Origin: a virus
Length of the DNA stretch: 29,997 nucleotides
UHGV virus genome: UHGV-0207024
Direction: 5' to 3' (one strand)
Positions 17,501 to 25,413 of this stretch are shown piece after piece (position 1 is the stretch's first letter; each line of letters opens with the position of its first letter). The translations under genes were made by a program, and so were the position numbers. Below the pieces are notes generated by a model. That model ran no database searches. It was not told the origin of the DNA and saw nothing but the letters and a program-made list of their open reading frames with translations.

Positions 17501-17513
17501 GGGAGTTTGCCTT

Positions 17514-17735
17514 ATGCGTCCTAACATTACAATCACCATCCCAGCCCCATATCTACCACTTAAAGAGTGGTGCAAATTAACGAATACAGCTGAAAGCACA
17601 GCCCGTGACATGATCCGGGATGGCCGTCTGCCTATTCGTGGCAAAGGAGAAATGCCTAAAGGCCGTGTGGAAATAAACATGGCCGCTCTGACCGTTGAAG
17701 CGTTAAGCGAATGCAATATTTCGCTTAACGCGTAA
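17514..17735 (+). CDS. Apl/Cox-like excisionase-repressor (AlpA/Xis-type HTH, 73 aa)
   Basis: First gene of the rightward early operon opposite cI; motif LKEWCKLTNTAESTARDMIRDGRLP resembles the AlpA/Xis DNA-binding domain. Confidence 0.55.
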   Translation: MRPNITITIPAPYLPLKEWCKLTNTAESTARDMIRDGRLPIRGKGEMPKGRVEINMAALTVEALSECNISLNA

Positions 17736-17765
17736 TCCATCCTACGGATTAGGGAGAGGCAAACA

Positions 17766-18269
17766 ATGTTTGATTACCAGACCTCTAAACATGCTCACTT
17801 TGATGCGGCTTGCCGAGCATTTGCAATTGATCACAATCTTGAAGATGTGGCCGCTGCCGTTGGTATGAGGCCGCAGATCCTGCGCAACAAACTGAACCCA
17901 GCGCAACCGCACCGCCTAACCTGTGATGAGCTTTTGGCTATCACGGATTACACCGAAGATGCGCGTTTACTTGATGGGATGTTAGGTCAGATTAACTGCC
18001 TTCCATCCGTGCCGGTGAACAATGCCACTGAAGCCAATATGCAACTGTGTGCGCTTAGCGCCACTGCGTGTGTGGGCGCGATTGCTGGGGAAGCCGTATC
18101 AACTGGCCATATGACCGCCGCCCGCCGTACACAAATTCTTGATCGCGCCCGCGATGCTATCCGTAGCCTTTCTGTGCTGGCTTATACCGTTGAAACCCGC
18201 ATTCACTCTGCGCCGGTTCTGGCCGCTGCGGTGGATCTGGTGACAACCAGCGCCACAGGCATGATGTGA
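17766..18269 (+). CDS. cII: CII-like lysogeny establishment activator (phage 186 CII homologue, 167 aa)
   Basis: MFDYQTSKHAHFDAACRAFA...LRNKLNPAQPHRLT...LDGMLGQINCLP parallels 186 CII (MFDFQVSKHPHYDEACRAFA...LRNKLNPEQPH...); same size class (169 aa). Confidence 0.7.
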   Translation: MFDYQTSKHAHFDAACRAFAIDHNLEDVAAAVGMRPQILRNKLNPAQPHRLTCDELLAITDYTEDARLLDGMLGQINCLPSVPVNNATEANMQLCALSATACVGAIAGEAVSTGHMTAARRTQILDRARDAIRSLSVLAYTVETRIHSAPVLAAAVDLVTTSATGMM

Positions 18270-18277
18270 GGAACAAC

Positions 18278-18505
18278 ATGAAAGCATTTGTTACTTACCT
18301 GAAAAAAGAATCACCCGCCATGCAACGGCCAAGCGGTTCAACGGGCTGGATAGAACTGCCGAACGGTCAGCGCTGGAACCCTGGCCACACGTATAAATTC
18401 AATGCGCATGAGCCTGTTCGAATGAAAGGCGGGGTGGTTTTACGTTTCTTGTCTACAAAAGCCCGTCGCCTGGTTGGGTGTATAGGGGGGCGCTATGGCG
18501 ATTAG
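18278..18505 (+). CDS. hypothetical early protein (about 75 aa; ORF could start at 18266)
   Basis: ORF in the early operon at the position of 186 fil/dhr; no recognisable motifs. Confidence 0.4.
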   Translation: MKAFVTYLKKESPAMQRPSGSTGWIELPNGQRWNPGHTYKFNAHEPVRMKGGVVLRFLSTKARRLVGCIGGRYGD

Positions 18506-18923
18506 CCAGGAACAACAAAAGCGCGGACTGGAACATTTAAAACAGATTCGCCGCAAATATTTCAGCAATAGCAGCGAAGCCGCTGACTGGTGGGACAAAT
18601 TAACTCCTGAATGGCGGGGTGTTGTTCTTCATGCAGCCGCAGTGACTTCTGGAACTGGGGTGTTTAAAGCCCACTTAAGTAAATGCTGCTGGCGAGAGCT
18701 TTTTGAACGCCTGGACTACAGAGCAATGATCCAACTGCGTCAGGGCATAGCCCGCGCGCGTCTTACGCTTGATGGTTTTGGGTCGTTGCGTGACAGCGAT
18801 TTTTCCACCCGGTCAGCAAGCCGTCCAATCAAAAAGGCACACCCGATCAGCAGTCGTAACGGGGTGCAGATGATTATTGCTCCTCACATCGTTAATAAGT
18901 TACAGCAACAGGGGAATCACTAA
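18495..18923 (+). CDS. hypothetical early protein (142 aa)
   Basis: ORF with start overlapping the upstream gene; basic C-terminus; no recognisable motifs. Confidence 0.5.
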   Translation: MAISQEQQKRGLEHLKQIRRKYFSNSSEAADWWDKLTPEWRGVVLHAAAVTSGTGVFKAHLSKCCWRELFERLDYRAMIQLRQGIARARLTLDGFGSLRDSDFSTRSASRPIKKAHPISSRNGVQMIIAPHIVNKLQQQGNH

Positions 18924-19324
18924 TGACCATTATTTCAGTTGAAGGAAAAATGTTGGGGGCGGAGCTGGCCGCGTGGGGTGTCCCACATAATTACGCTGTT
19001 ACCTTTGCAGCGAAAAGCACTGCGAAAGATGGGCGTATCGCGTTGCATCCGTTCTTCTTTAACGACACAGAACACATGACAAGTCCGCGCCACTGGCTGG
19101 CCATTAATGCGGCTTTCTGGTGCTGCGTTTACCGCGAGGCGGAAAACAAAGAAGCGCAGATTGAAGCACTGGCCGGAATCCGTGCACTTTTCTATGCAGC
19201 TGGTGCGTTGGGCGTTGGCGAAATTAAGGCGCTGATCCAGGAGTGGTGGCGACACACTTACGAGTTGCACCAGGTTCCTGCGCCGAACTATTCAGCCGTC
19301 ACTGTTCAACCCATTTTTCACTAA
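18923..19324 (+). CDS. hypothetical early protein (133 aa)
   Basis: TAATG stop-start overlap with the preceding gene; Trp/Cys-containing; no recognisable motifs. Confidence 0.5.
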   Translation: MTIISVEGKMLGAELAAWGVPHNYAVTFAAKSTAKDGRIALHPFFFNDTEHMTSPRHWLAINAAFWCCVYREAENKEAQIEALAGIRALFYAAGALGVGEIKALIQEWWRHTYELHQVPAPNYSAVTVQPIFH

Positions 19325-19343
19325 TTAACTACCAGAAATTTTT

Positions 19344-19376
19344 GGCCACAGCTCAAGTGGCCGGGGATTCTTTTGC
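19344..19376 (+). terminator. putative intra-operon terminator/attenuator hairpin
   Basis: GGCCAC-agctcaa-GTGGCC followed by GGGGATTCTTTTG in the 67-bp gap between early ORFs. Confidence 0.35.
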
Positions 19377-19391
19377 CTTAAGGAAACCAAA

Positions 19392-19625
19392 ATGCACATG
19401 ACACGTCAGGATTTACCCGCAACAAAATCAGGCGCTGACCTGCTGGCCATGCTCACCAAAGCCACGCAGGAAGGTAAAGCCGCAGCTGCTGATCTGTGTT
19501 CCACTCGTCTGGAAAAGCTGGCAACCCATGCAGCCAATGAAGGTTTAAGCGCAACGGAAATTGTTGAGTTAATCCGCGAAGAAGCCGCAGCGATTTGCAG
19601 CAAAGGCGGTGCAGCATGGAACTGA
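19392..19625 (+). CDS. hypothetical early protein (77 aa, Ala-rich)
   Basis: ORF with AAGGAAACCAAAATG RBS; overlaps the start of the exonuclease gene. Confidence 0.4.
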   Translation: MHMTRQDLPATKSGADLLAMLTKATQEGKAAAADLCSTRLEKLATHAANEGLSATEIVELIREEAAAICSKGGAAWN

Positions 19626-20320
19626 GCGCTCGCAATCAACTTTTTTCGGCCGTTTTGGGTGGGGTGGTTTCTGGTGCCAGAGTTAAAGGAGGGGCTTTGT
19701 TTCGCGATGTGATTCGCGAGTGTTGGCGGATTACCGATCAGTCTCTGTATTTTTCCGACCGTTTGGAAACCGAACAGCAGATAGCAAAGCGCTGGATTGA
19801 TAAGGGCTTTGTCATTCTTGATACAGAAACCACAGGATTAGGATTTGATGATGAAATTGTAGAAATTTCGATCATCGACTGTGCTGGTTACGTTTTGCTT
19901 AATACGCTGGTCAAGCCATCGAAACCTATTCCGGGAGCGGCAACTGCAATTCACGGCATTACGGATGAAATGGTTGCTAATGCGCCATCATGGTTGGAAA
20001 TTCTGCCGAAAGTATTGGAGTTAACTAGCAAAGGCTGGGTCGCATATAACGCAAAATTTGATGCGCGTATGTTGCGGCAGTCTGGTGGGGATTATGAACA
20101 GCATGAGGATATGCGCCACCCTGAGTGCGTAATGCAGCTGTACGCAGATTATAACGGTGAATGGGATGTTGTACGCCGTAAAACCCGTTGGAAACGACTA
20201 GTGGATGCAGCGGCGGCACTTAAGGTTGATGCTGGAGAAGGTGCACCACACAGAGCGTTGTATGACTGCAATCTGACGCTTGGTGTGATCCTTGCTATTG
20301 CAGAAGGTGGTGCAAAATGA
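19616..20320 (+). CDS. DnaQ-like 3'-5' exonuclease (DEDDh family) with an N-terminal extension of about 65 aa
   Basis: Exo motifs ILDTETTGL (Exo I), [17 protein letters not shown] (Exo II) and HRALYDC (Exo III, His-type); ATG at 19616 with AAGGCGG RBS is preferred over the ORF start at 19595. Confidence 0.75.
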   Translation: MELSARNQLFSAVLGGVVSGARVKGGALFRDVIRECWRITDQSLYFSDRLETEQQIAKRWIDKGFVILDTETTGLGFDDEIVEISIIDCAGYVLLNTLVKPSKPIPGAATAIHGITDEMVANAPSWLEILPKVLELTSKGWVAYNAKFDARMLRQSGGDYEQHEDMRHPECVMQLYADYNGEWDVVRRKTRWKRLVDAAAALKVDAGEGAPHRALYDCNLTLGVILAIAEGGAK

Positions 20321-20646
20321 CCATCAAAATTCACACGATAAAAATTGCGCCCAAGTACCTTAACGCAGTAGTCGCTGGCCAGAAAAAAGCAGAACTGCGT
20401 AAGAATGATCGTAACTATAAAACAGGTGATGTTCTTTCGCTGTGTGAGTGGAAGCACGGGAAATACACCGGGCGAGAGTGGGCGGCGGTTATCACTCATG
20501 TTTTGCCGGTGAATGAAATTATCGCTGGTGTAGACCGCTGGGTAGTTCTGTCCATTCGTTCAATGTCACCGCTTGAAGTGATGGAGTACATCATTTCTAA
20601 CGGCGTATCAGGGCTGCTTTTAAACGGGGTTGAATATGGCCATTAA
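20317..20646 (+). CDS. DUF3850/ASCH-like domain protein (109 aa)
   Basis: [40 protein letters not shown] matches the DUF3850 signature (H.LKI.P.YF..V..G.K.FE.R.NDR.F.VGD.L.L.E) as I recall it; ATGA coupling to the exonuclease and to Dam. Confidence 0.6.
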   Translation: MTIKIHTIKIAPKYLNAVVAGQKKAELRKNDRNYKTGDVLSLCEWKHGKYTGREWAAVITHVLPVNEIIAGVDRWVVLSIRSMSPLEVMEYIISNGVSGLLLNGVEYGH

Positions 20647-21502
20647 AACTCCGCTTAAATGGGTGGGCAGTAAAGCCCGCCTTATGCCAAAGCTACGTCC
20701 TCATTTACCAAAGGGAAAGCGTCTGGTTGAGCCGTTCGCTGGTTCGTGCGCCGTCATGATGAATACGGATTATGACGAGTATCTGATCGCTGATGTAAAT
20801 CCTGATCTGGTTAATCTGTATAAGACGATGGCTTATCACACTGATGCGTTGCTCATTGAGCTGGAGGGTTTATTTTCTGCCGGTTCACTAGGCGATGAAG
20901 AAAGCCGGGCAATTTTCTATTACGCGGTGCGTGATGCCTTCAACCAGTCCGGCAAATCCTTTGGTTCTGAATCTGTGGAAGCTGCTGCGCGTTTCCTGTT
21001 CCTGAACCGGCACTGCTTCAATGGCCTGTGCCGATACAATCGCCGTGGCCAGTTTAATGTCCCGTTTGGGAAGTATAAAAAGCCCTATTTCCCAGTTGAT
21101 GAGATCCGCGCGTTTGCAGATAAAGCCAAACGAGCAACGTTTATCACTGCCAATTATTCAGAAACGCTTGATTTGGTGCGGCCTGGCGATGTGGTGTATT
21201 GCGATCCGCCATATCTGACCGATGCCGATAATTTCACGGCTTACCATGAGCGTGGTTTTTCGCATATGGATCATGGTCGGCTGGCGCGTAAGTTGCGAAA
21301 GCTGGCGATGAAGGGTGTTAGTGTCGTCGCATCAAATAGCGATCTTGAAATGGTGCATTACCTTTACGCCGGTTTTAAATCAGTGCGTATTAATGCGCCG
21401 CGCAGTGTTGGTGCAGCGGCTACAAGTCAGAAATCAGCAGCTGAATTGATTATTAAGTCCCCCATCAACGTAACGAACGATGTTCAGGTGGTGGGGGCAT
21501 GA
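20630..21502 (+). CDS. dam: DNA adenine methyltransferase (Dam / D12 class N6-A MTase), orphan
   Basis: N-terminal [14 protein letters not shown]...EPFAGSCAV (AdoMet binding) and catalytic DPPY (VVYCDPPY); no cognate restriction gene nearby. Confidence 0.9.
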   Translation: MNMAIKTPLKWVGSKARLMPKLRPHLPKGKRLVEPFAGSCAVMMNTDYDEYLIADVNPDLVNLYKTMAYHTDALLIELEGLFSAGSLGDEESRAIFYYAVRDAFNQSGKSFGSESVEAAARFLFLNRHCFNGLCRYNRRGQFNVPFGKYKKPYFPVDEIRAFADKAKRATFITANYSETLDLVRPGDVVYCDPPYLTDADNFTAYHERGFSHMDHGRLARKLRKLAMKGVSVVASNSDLEMVHYLYAGFKSVRINAPRSVGAAATSQKSAAELIIKSPINVTNDVQVVGA

Positions 21503-21711
21503 TGATGGAAATCCTGATCGGCGTTTATGCCTTATTTGCCTGTATTACCTTTGTTTTTCTCTTATGGGATGAACAGCAGGATGACTTCAGTCATGATGTT
21601 GATGACTTTTTGCTGATCACTTTAAGTGCAGTTTTCTGGCTACCACTGGTCGCGGCCGTGCTGGTGGCATTCCTGATTGATTTCTGGAAAAAATGGGTTA
21701 ATCGTGGCTGA
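21499..21711 (+). CDS. small two-TM membrane protein (70 aa)
   Basis: Two hydrophobic helices (ILIGVYALFACITFVFLLW; LITLSAVFWLPLVAAVLVAFLIDFW); ATGA overlap with the Dam stop; stops immediately before the replication gene. Confidence 0.45.
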   Translation: MMMEILIGVYALFACITFVFLLWDEQQDDFSHDVDDFLLITLSAVFWLPLVAAVLVAFLIDFWKKWVNRG

Positions 21712-21712
21712 T

Positions 21713-23734
21713 ATGCTGGATATTGGCCAACATCACGCCGTCGATGCCTGGCGGCGTGAAACCTTTGCGCCGGGAACGCCAGCAGATGCCACCATCACAG
21801 AGCGCCGTTTATGGGCTGTTAATCCAGAGGATTATGAATGGCGCTCCCAGTACCTGCATGAGATACCCGACTGGTTAGCCGGGTATTTTGGCAACCGTTA
21901 TGAAAAGCTGCTGGCTGGTCGTGACGGGCGTCGCCGTGCCAATACATTTCTGCGTCAGACTATCGGCGGGAATGTATTGCCACGTCTGCGCAAAGTGGCC
22001 GCACGTTACAAGCTGGCCGCTGATGCACTTGATCTTCCTTTTGGTAAGTCGCTGGAGCGACTGCCATCACTTGACCGTCCAGATCTTAAAAAACTGTCTG
22101 GACAGATATCCGGCTGGATCTCCCAGTCACTGTATGACTTCACCGATCAGTTTATGGGCAGCACTGAAGATGCCGCAGAGCTGCGCCGCCGTACGCTGGA
22201 GTCTTATCGCCATTTGTGCGCCTGTTCACTGATGCTGAATAATCAGCCTCCGTACTGGGCGGAACATGAAGCCAGTGACGGCCAACTGGAAACACGCAAG
22301 GCTGAATCCGGCATCCTGCGCATGATGGCGCCAGAGTGGTGGTATCAGCGCCTTAAGCGTGCGCGTGATGTACAGCGTGAGCATCTGGCTATAGCTGTGG
22401 GGCAGGTACAGAAAGCAGCCAGTGCTTATGTGTCCCGTAAAACTCTGGGCGAATGGATAGAACAGAAAAAGCGCAACGCTGAGTTTTTTAAAAAATTCGA
22501 CCTGATAAATGAGCATGGGGATCGCGTAGCGCTGGCTGATATGGTTCATGGTAGCGTGGCTAATCCAGCGATACGTCGCTGTGAATTGATGGTTCGTATG
22601 CGCGGATTTGAAGATATTGCCAATGACGAACGGCTGGCCGGTGAGTTTTATACCATCACCGCACCATCACGTTTCCATGCTGTGCACAGTAAAGGCGGCT
22701 TTGTTTCTCAATGGAATGGATACACGCCGCAGGATACCCAGCGCTATCTATGTGGTGTATGGGCAAAAGCCCGCGCAGCGCTCTCCCGCGCGGGTATCCA
22801 TGTCTTTGGGTTTCGGGTTGTAGAGCCTCACCATGATGGGACACCCCACTGGCATATGTTGCTTTTTATGCGCCCACAGGATGTGGACACGGTACGCGAT
22901 ATTCTTTGCTATCACGCACGTATCACTGATTCTGAAGAACTACAAACCCCCCACGCGCTTAAGGCGCGTTTTCATGTTGAGCCTATCGATCCTAAAAAGG
23001 GGTCGGCCACTGGCTATATCGCTAAATACATATCAAAGAATATTGATGGCTTTTCGCTCGATGGCGAAAAAGATGATGAGACCGGGGAAAACCTGCGCGA
23101 TATGGCTAAAGCCGTTTCAGCATGGGCATCACGCTGGCGCATTAGACAGTTCCAGCAGATAGGCGGTGCGCCGGTGACGGTATGGCGTGAGCTGCGCCGT
23201 CTGCCAGGTGATGGACAGATTTTACCAACTGAAGATATGGATAACGTGCGTTTTGCAGCAGACGTGGGCGACTGGCGAGCTTATACCGAGTGCCAGGGGG
23301 GTGCGTTTGTTATGCGTAAGGATCTGACCGTCCGCCTGGCGTATGAGGTAACTGAGCAGGGTAACGAATACGCAGAGGACGTGCAGCGCGTACAGGGCAT
23401 CTACTCGCCACATATTCCAGATTCTGAGGTATGTACGCGTCTGGTGAAGTGGCAGAAGGTTACGAAGTTGGCCGAAGCGTCAGCGGAGGCGGGTTTTGAC
23501 CTTGACCTTAAACACCCTTGGAGTTCTGTCAATAACTGTACTGAGGGGGGAACCCGCAGACGGTTAAAACTGGAGTTACGCAGTCGTGGTTTTGATGGTT
23601 CTGATGAGGAAATCACCATACTGACGCGGGGGAGTGGTTTAAGGTTTGGCCATACAGCCCTGATTTATCGTAATGGCAGGTTGCAGGAAGCGCGAAAAGA
23701 GCCAGTCCAGGAGTTATGGCCGGGATGGGTATAG
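21713..23734 (+). CDS. A: rolling-circle replication initiation protein (P2/186 gpA family, HUH endonuclease)
   Basis: HUH motif region GTPHWHMLLF and catalytic Tyr region GYIAKYISKNIDG; about 674 aa from ATG 21713 (the ORF is open from TTG 21677). Confidence 0.85.
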   Translation: MLDIGQHHAVDAWRRETFAPGTPADATITERRLWAVNPEDYEWRSQYLHEIPDWLAGYFGNRYEKLLAGRDGRRRANTFLRQTIGGNVLPRLRKVAARYKLAADALDLPFGKSLERLPSLDRPDLKKLSGQISGWISQSLYDFTDQFMGSTEDAAELRRRTLESYRHLCACSLMLNNQPPYWAEHEASDGQLETRKAESGILRMMAPEWWYQRLKRARDVQREHLAIAVGQVQKAASAYVSRKTLGEWIEQKKRNAEFFKKFDLINEHGDRVALADMVHGSVANPAIRRCELMVRMRGFEDIANDERLAGEFYTITAPSRFHAVHSKGGFVSQWNGYTPQDTQRYLCGVWAKARAALSRAGIHVFGFRVVEPHHDGTPHWHMLLFMRPQDVDTVRDILCYHARITDSEELQTPHALKARFHVEPIDPKKGSATGYIAKYISKNIDGFSLDGEKDDETGENLRDMAKAVSAWASRWRIRQFQQIGGAPVTVWRELRRLPGDGQILPTEDMDNVRFAADVGDWRAYTECQGGAFVMRKDLTVRLAYEVTEQGNEYAEDVQRVQGIYSPHIPDSEVCTRLVKWQKVTKLAEASAEAGFDLDLKHPWSSVNNCTEGGTRRRLKLELRSRGFDGSDEEITILTRGSGLRFGHTALIYRNGRLQEARKEPVQELWPGWV

Positions 23735-23812
23735 TGTTGTAAGTCTGTGAAACACCTTCTTTTTGTCGGTAGATAGCAGGAAATTAAATTTCACAATTTG
23801 TGCTTAAAGGTG

Positions 23813-23832
23813 TACTGTATGTATATCCAGTT
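23813..23832 (+). promoter_or_regulatory. LexA (SOS) box overlapping a putative -10 element
   Basis: TACTGTATGTATATCCAGTT matches the LexA consensus TACTGTATATATATACAGTA at 17 of 20 positions (CTGT-N8-CCAG); 23 bp upstream of the ATG at 23855; possible -35 TTGTGC at 23798-23803. Confidence 0.6.
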
Positions 23833-23854
23833 ATTTTATGTTTTTGGGGGCTAA

Positions 23855-24058
23855 ATGGATCTTTTGGAAGCGTCGGCACAGCTGGAGCGCATTGAGTTAT
23901 TGGCCAAAATTGCCCATGTTTACGAAAGTGACCAGAGAGAGAAAACGATCGCTTTGGCCTGGATTGGTGAAATCGCGGGAGAAATGCGGGAAATGGTCAG
24001 GAAAGAAGTGAAAAGCCCCCAGTCAGGGGGCTTAAGCGGCGGGTGTCGCTTTCAGTAG
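23855..24058 (+). CDS. small SOS-regulated protein, candidate Tum-like antirepressor (67 aa)
   Basis: Strong RBS (GGGGGctaaATG); LexA box in its promoter; located after gene A, as tum is in phage 186; no sequence motif support for function. Confidence 0.4.
   Translation: MDLLEASAQLERIELLAKIAHVYESDQREKTIALAWIGEIAGEMREMVRKEVKSPQSGGLSGGCRFQ
24014..24032 (-). terminator. terminator of the leftward P-Q-ogr transcript
   Basis: Minus strand: AGCCCCC-tgact-GGGGGCT followed by TTTTCACTTCTTT, immediately after the ogr-like stop. Confidence 0.5.
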
Positions 24059-24301
24059 GTCTAATGCCATCTGACGCTGATCGGGTGAAAGTGCACCCAG
24101 TATTTTTTGCACCATTGCATCACCCGTTTTAGCGCTGGGGCTGAGAGTGTGGGAGAACGTCAGATTCATGACAAACGTATGACCACACTCCACATCTGAA
24201 CAGGCGCAGTAAATATCGGCAATCTGTCGGTGTTTCCGGTTTGTTTTACGAATAACAGCCTTTGAGCCGCATTCCGGGCATTCGATTTTCAGAACTCGCA
24301 T
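24032..24301 (-). CDS. ogr: Ogr/Delta (186 B) family zinc-finger late transcription activator (about 89 aa from MRVLK)
   Basis: CPECGS-x19-CACSDVEC zinc-finger spacing is typical of Ogr/Delta/B; start ATG at 24301 with GGAG 8 nt upstream. The ORF is open to 24355, but that start would overlap the Q stop region. Confidence 0.7.
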   Translation of the reverse strand: MRVLKIECPECGSKAVIRKTNRKHRQIADIYCACSDVECGHTFVMNLTFSHTLSPSAKTGDAMVQKILGALSPDQRQMALDLLKATPAA

Positions 24302-24351
24302 ATTCCATGCTCCAGCTGTTAAATAATGCCTGGATTTTAGCCTTTTTCGTC

Positions 24352-25413
24352 TCATACCGCATCCTTATCTGTTGATTCTGCGTAACTTAAATCAAAGTTA
24401 AGGTGCAGTCTTTCCGGTATTTCGGGATCGTTGTTAACGGCCAGCATGAACCGGCGCTGAATGGGCGCAACTTCGCTTTTCTTGTAAATACGTTCAGCCT
24501 TTTCAACGTCGCCCAGTCCGGCAGTGTTCTGCGGAACGATTCCGGCAAGGCCAGCAGGAAAGCGGTGTGCATTCAGAATGTCCTGGGCGCTGATATTCTT
24601 GACGTTTGCAAACTCATCCTTTGCGGAAATATCACCCATTTCAATGAACTTGATAGCGTCACCGTCGCCACCAGGAATATTTACCAGAATGGTGGAGAAA
24701 TTGCCGATCCCTTTACTGTCGCGCAGCTGCTGTTCAATCTCTTCTTCCATTTCGTCCGTCATGCTGGGGTCGCGGGTGTAAAGAATACCGCCTGTGTGCG
24801 CACCGTTATGGTAATAGCGGCGCCGGAAAATGACTGCTTCACTGTTGAGTAACGCAGAATGCACACCGCCGATGTAATCCGGTAGCCCGTAGATGTGCTG
24901 TTGCGGGTCGTACATCTTAATGAAAATAATATCTTCCTGCGGCCATACCTCCGGTTCCCCTTCCTGTAATACCACGTAATCGCCAGGCTGATCCGTGGCA
25001 TTGTCCCTGACCTTCCGGCGACGGATATACAGTCCGGGGAGGGGTTCAAGTCCGATCACGTCTCCCCAGCCATTGCGGATTTTACCAATTGCGATATCAC
25101 CAAACGTTATATAGTCGAATGCTGCCGCCTCAAGCTGGTCATGAATCAGGCCACCTCCTTTGTAGTCGGAGATAATCATATTCTTGCGGGCGTGGATGAT
25201 GCCGCCATGCTGCCCGTTAAGGTTAATCAGCTGTGCCAGCGCCAGCCGGTCAATCGGTTGTGTGAAATGATCGGCGGCGTTGTCGTACCAGATATCACGG
25301 TAGTCTGTGCCGGTAGTCAGTACCGGTTCAGGCTTGCCGAATGTGATAATGCTCATTTTTTTGGCCTTATCGCCGCGCTGGTCGCGCTTAATGAAGCGTT
25401 TCTTTTTACTCAT
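24352..25413 (-). CDS. Q: portal protein (P2 gpQ family)
   Basis: 353 aa (P2 Q 344 aa); downstream of and translationally coupled (ATGA) to terminase large subunit P, in the leftward P-Q operon. Confidence 0.9.
   Translation of the reverse strand: MSKKKRFIKRDQRGDKAKKMSIITFGKPEPVLTTGTDYRDIWYDNAADHFTQPIDRLALAQLINLNGQHGGIIHARKNMIISDYKGGGLIHDQLEAAAFDYITFGDIAIGKIRNGWGDVIGLEPLPGLYIRRRKVRDNATDQPGDYVVLQEGEPEVWPQEDIIFIKMYDPQQHIYGLPDYIGGVHSALLNSEAVIFRRRYYHNGAHTGGILYTRDPSMTDEMEEEIEQQLRDSKGIGNFSTILVNIPGGDGDAIKFIEMGDISAKDEFANVKNISAQDILNAHRFPAGLAGIVPQNTAGLGDVEKAERIYKKSEVAPIQRRFMLAVNNDPEIPERLHLNFDLSYAESTDKDAV

Noticed and set aside
21677-21712. TTG start at 21677 for replication gene A
   Set aside because: It would overlap the last 35 nt of the upstream 70-aa membrane-protein gene. 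ATG 21713 directly follows that gene's stop. The choice is not certain, as the RBS at 21713 is weak.
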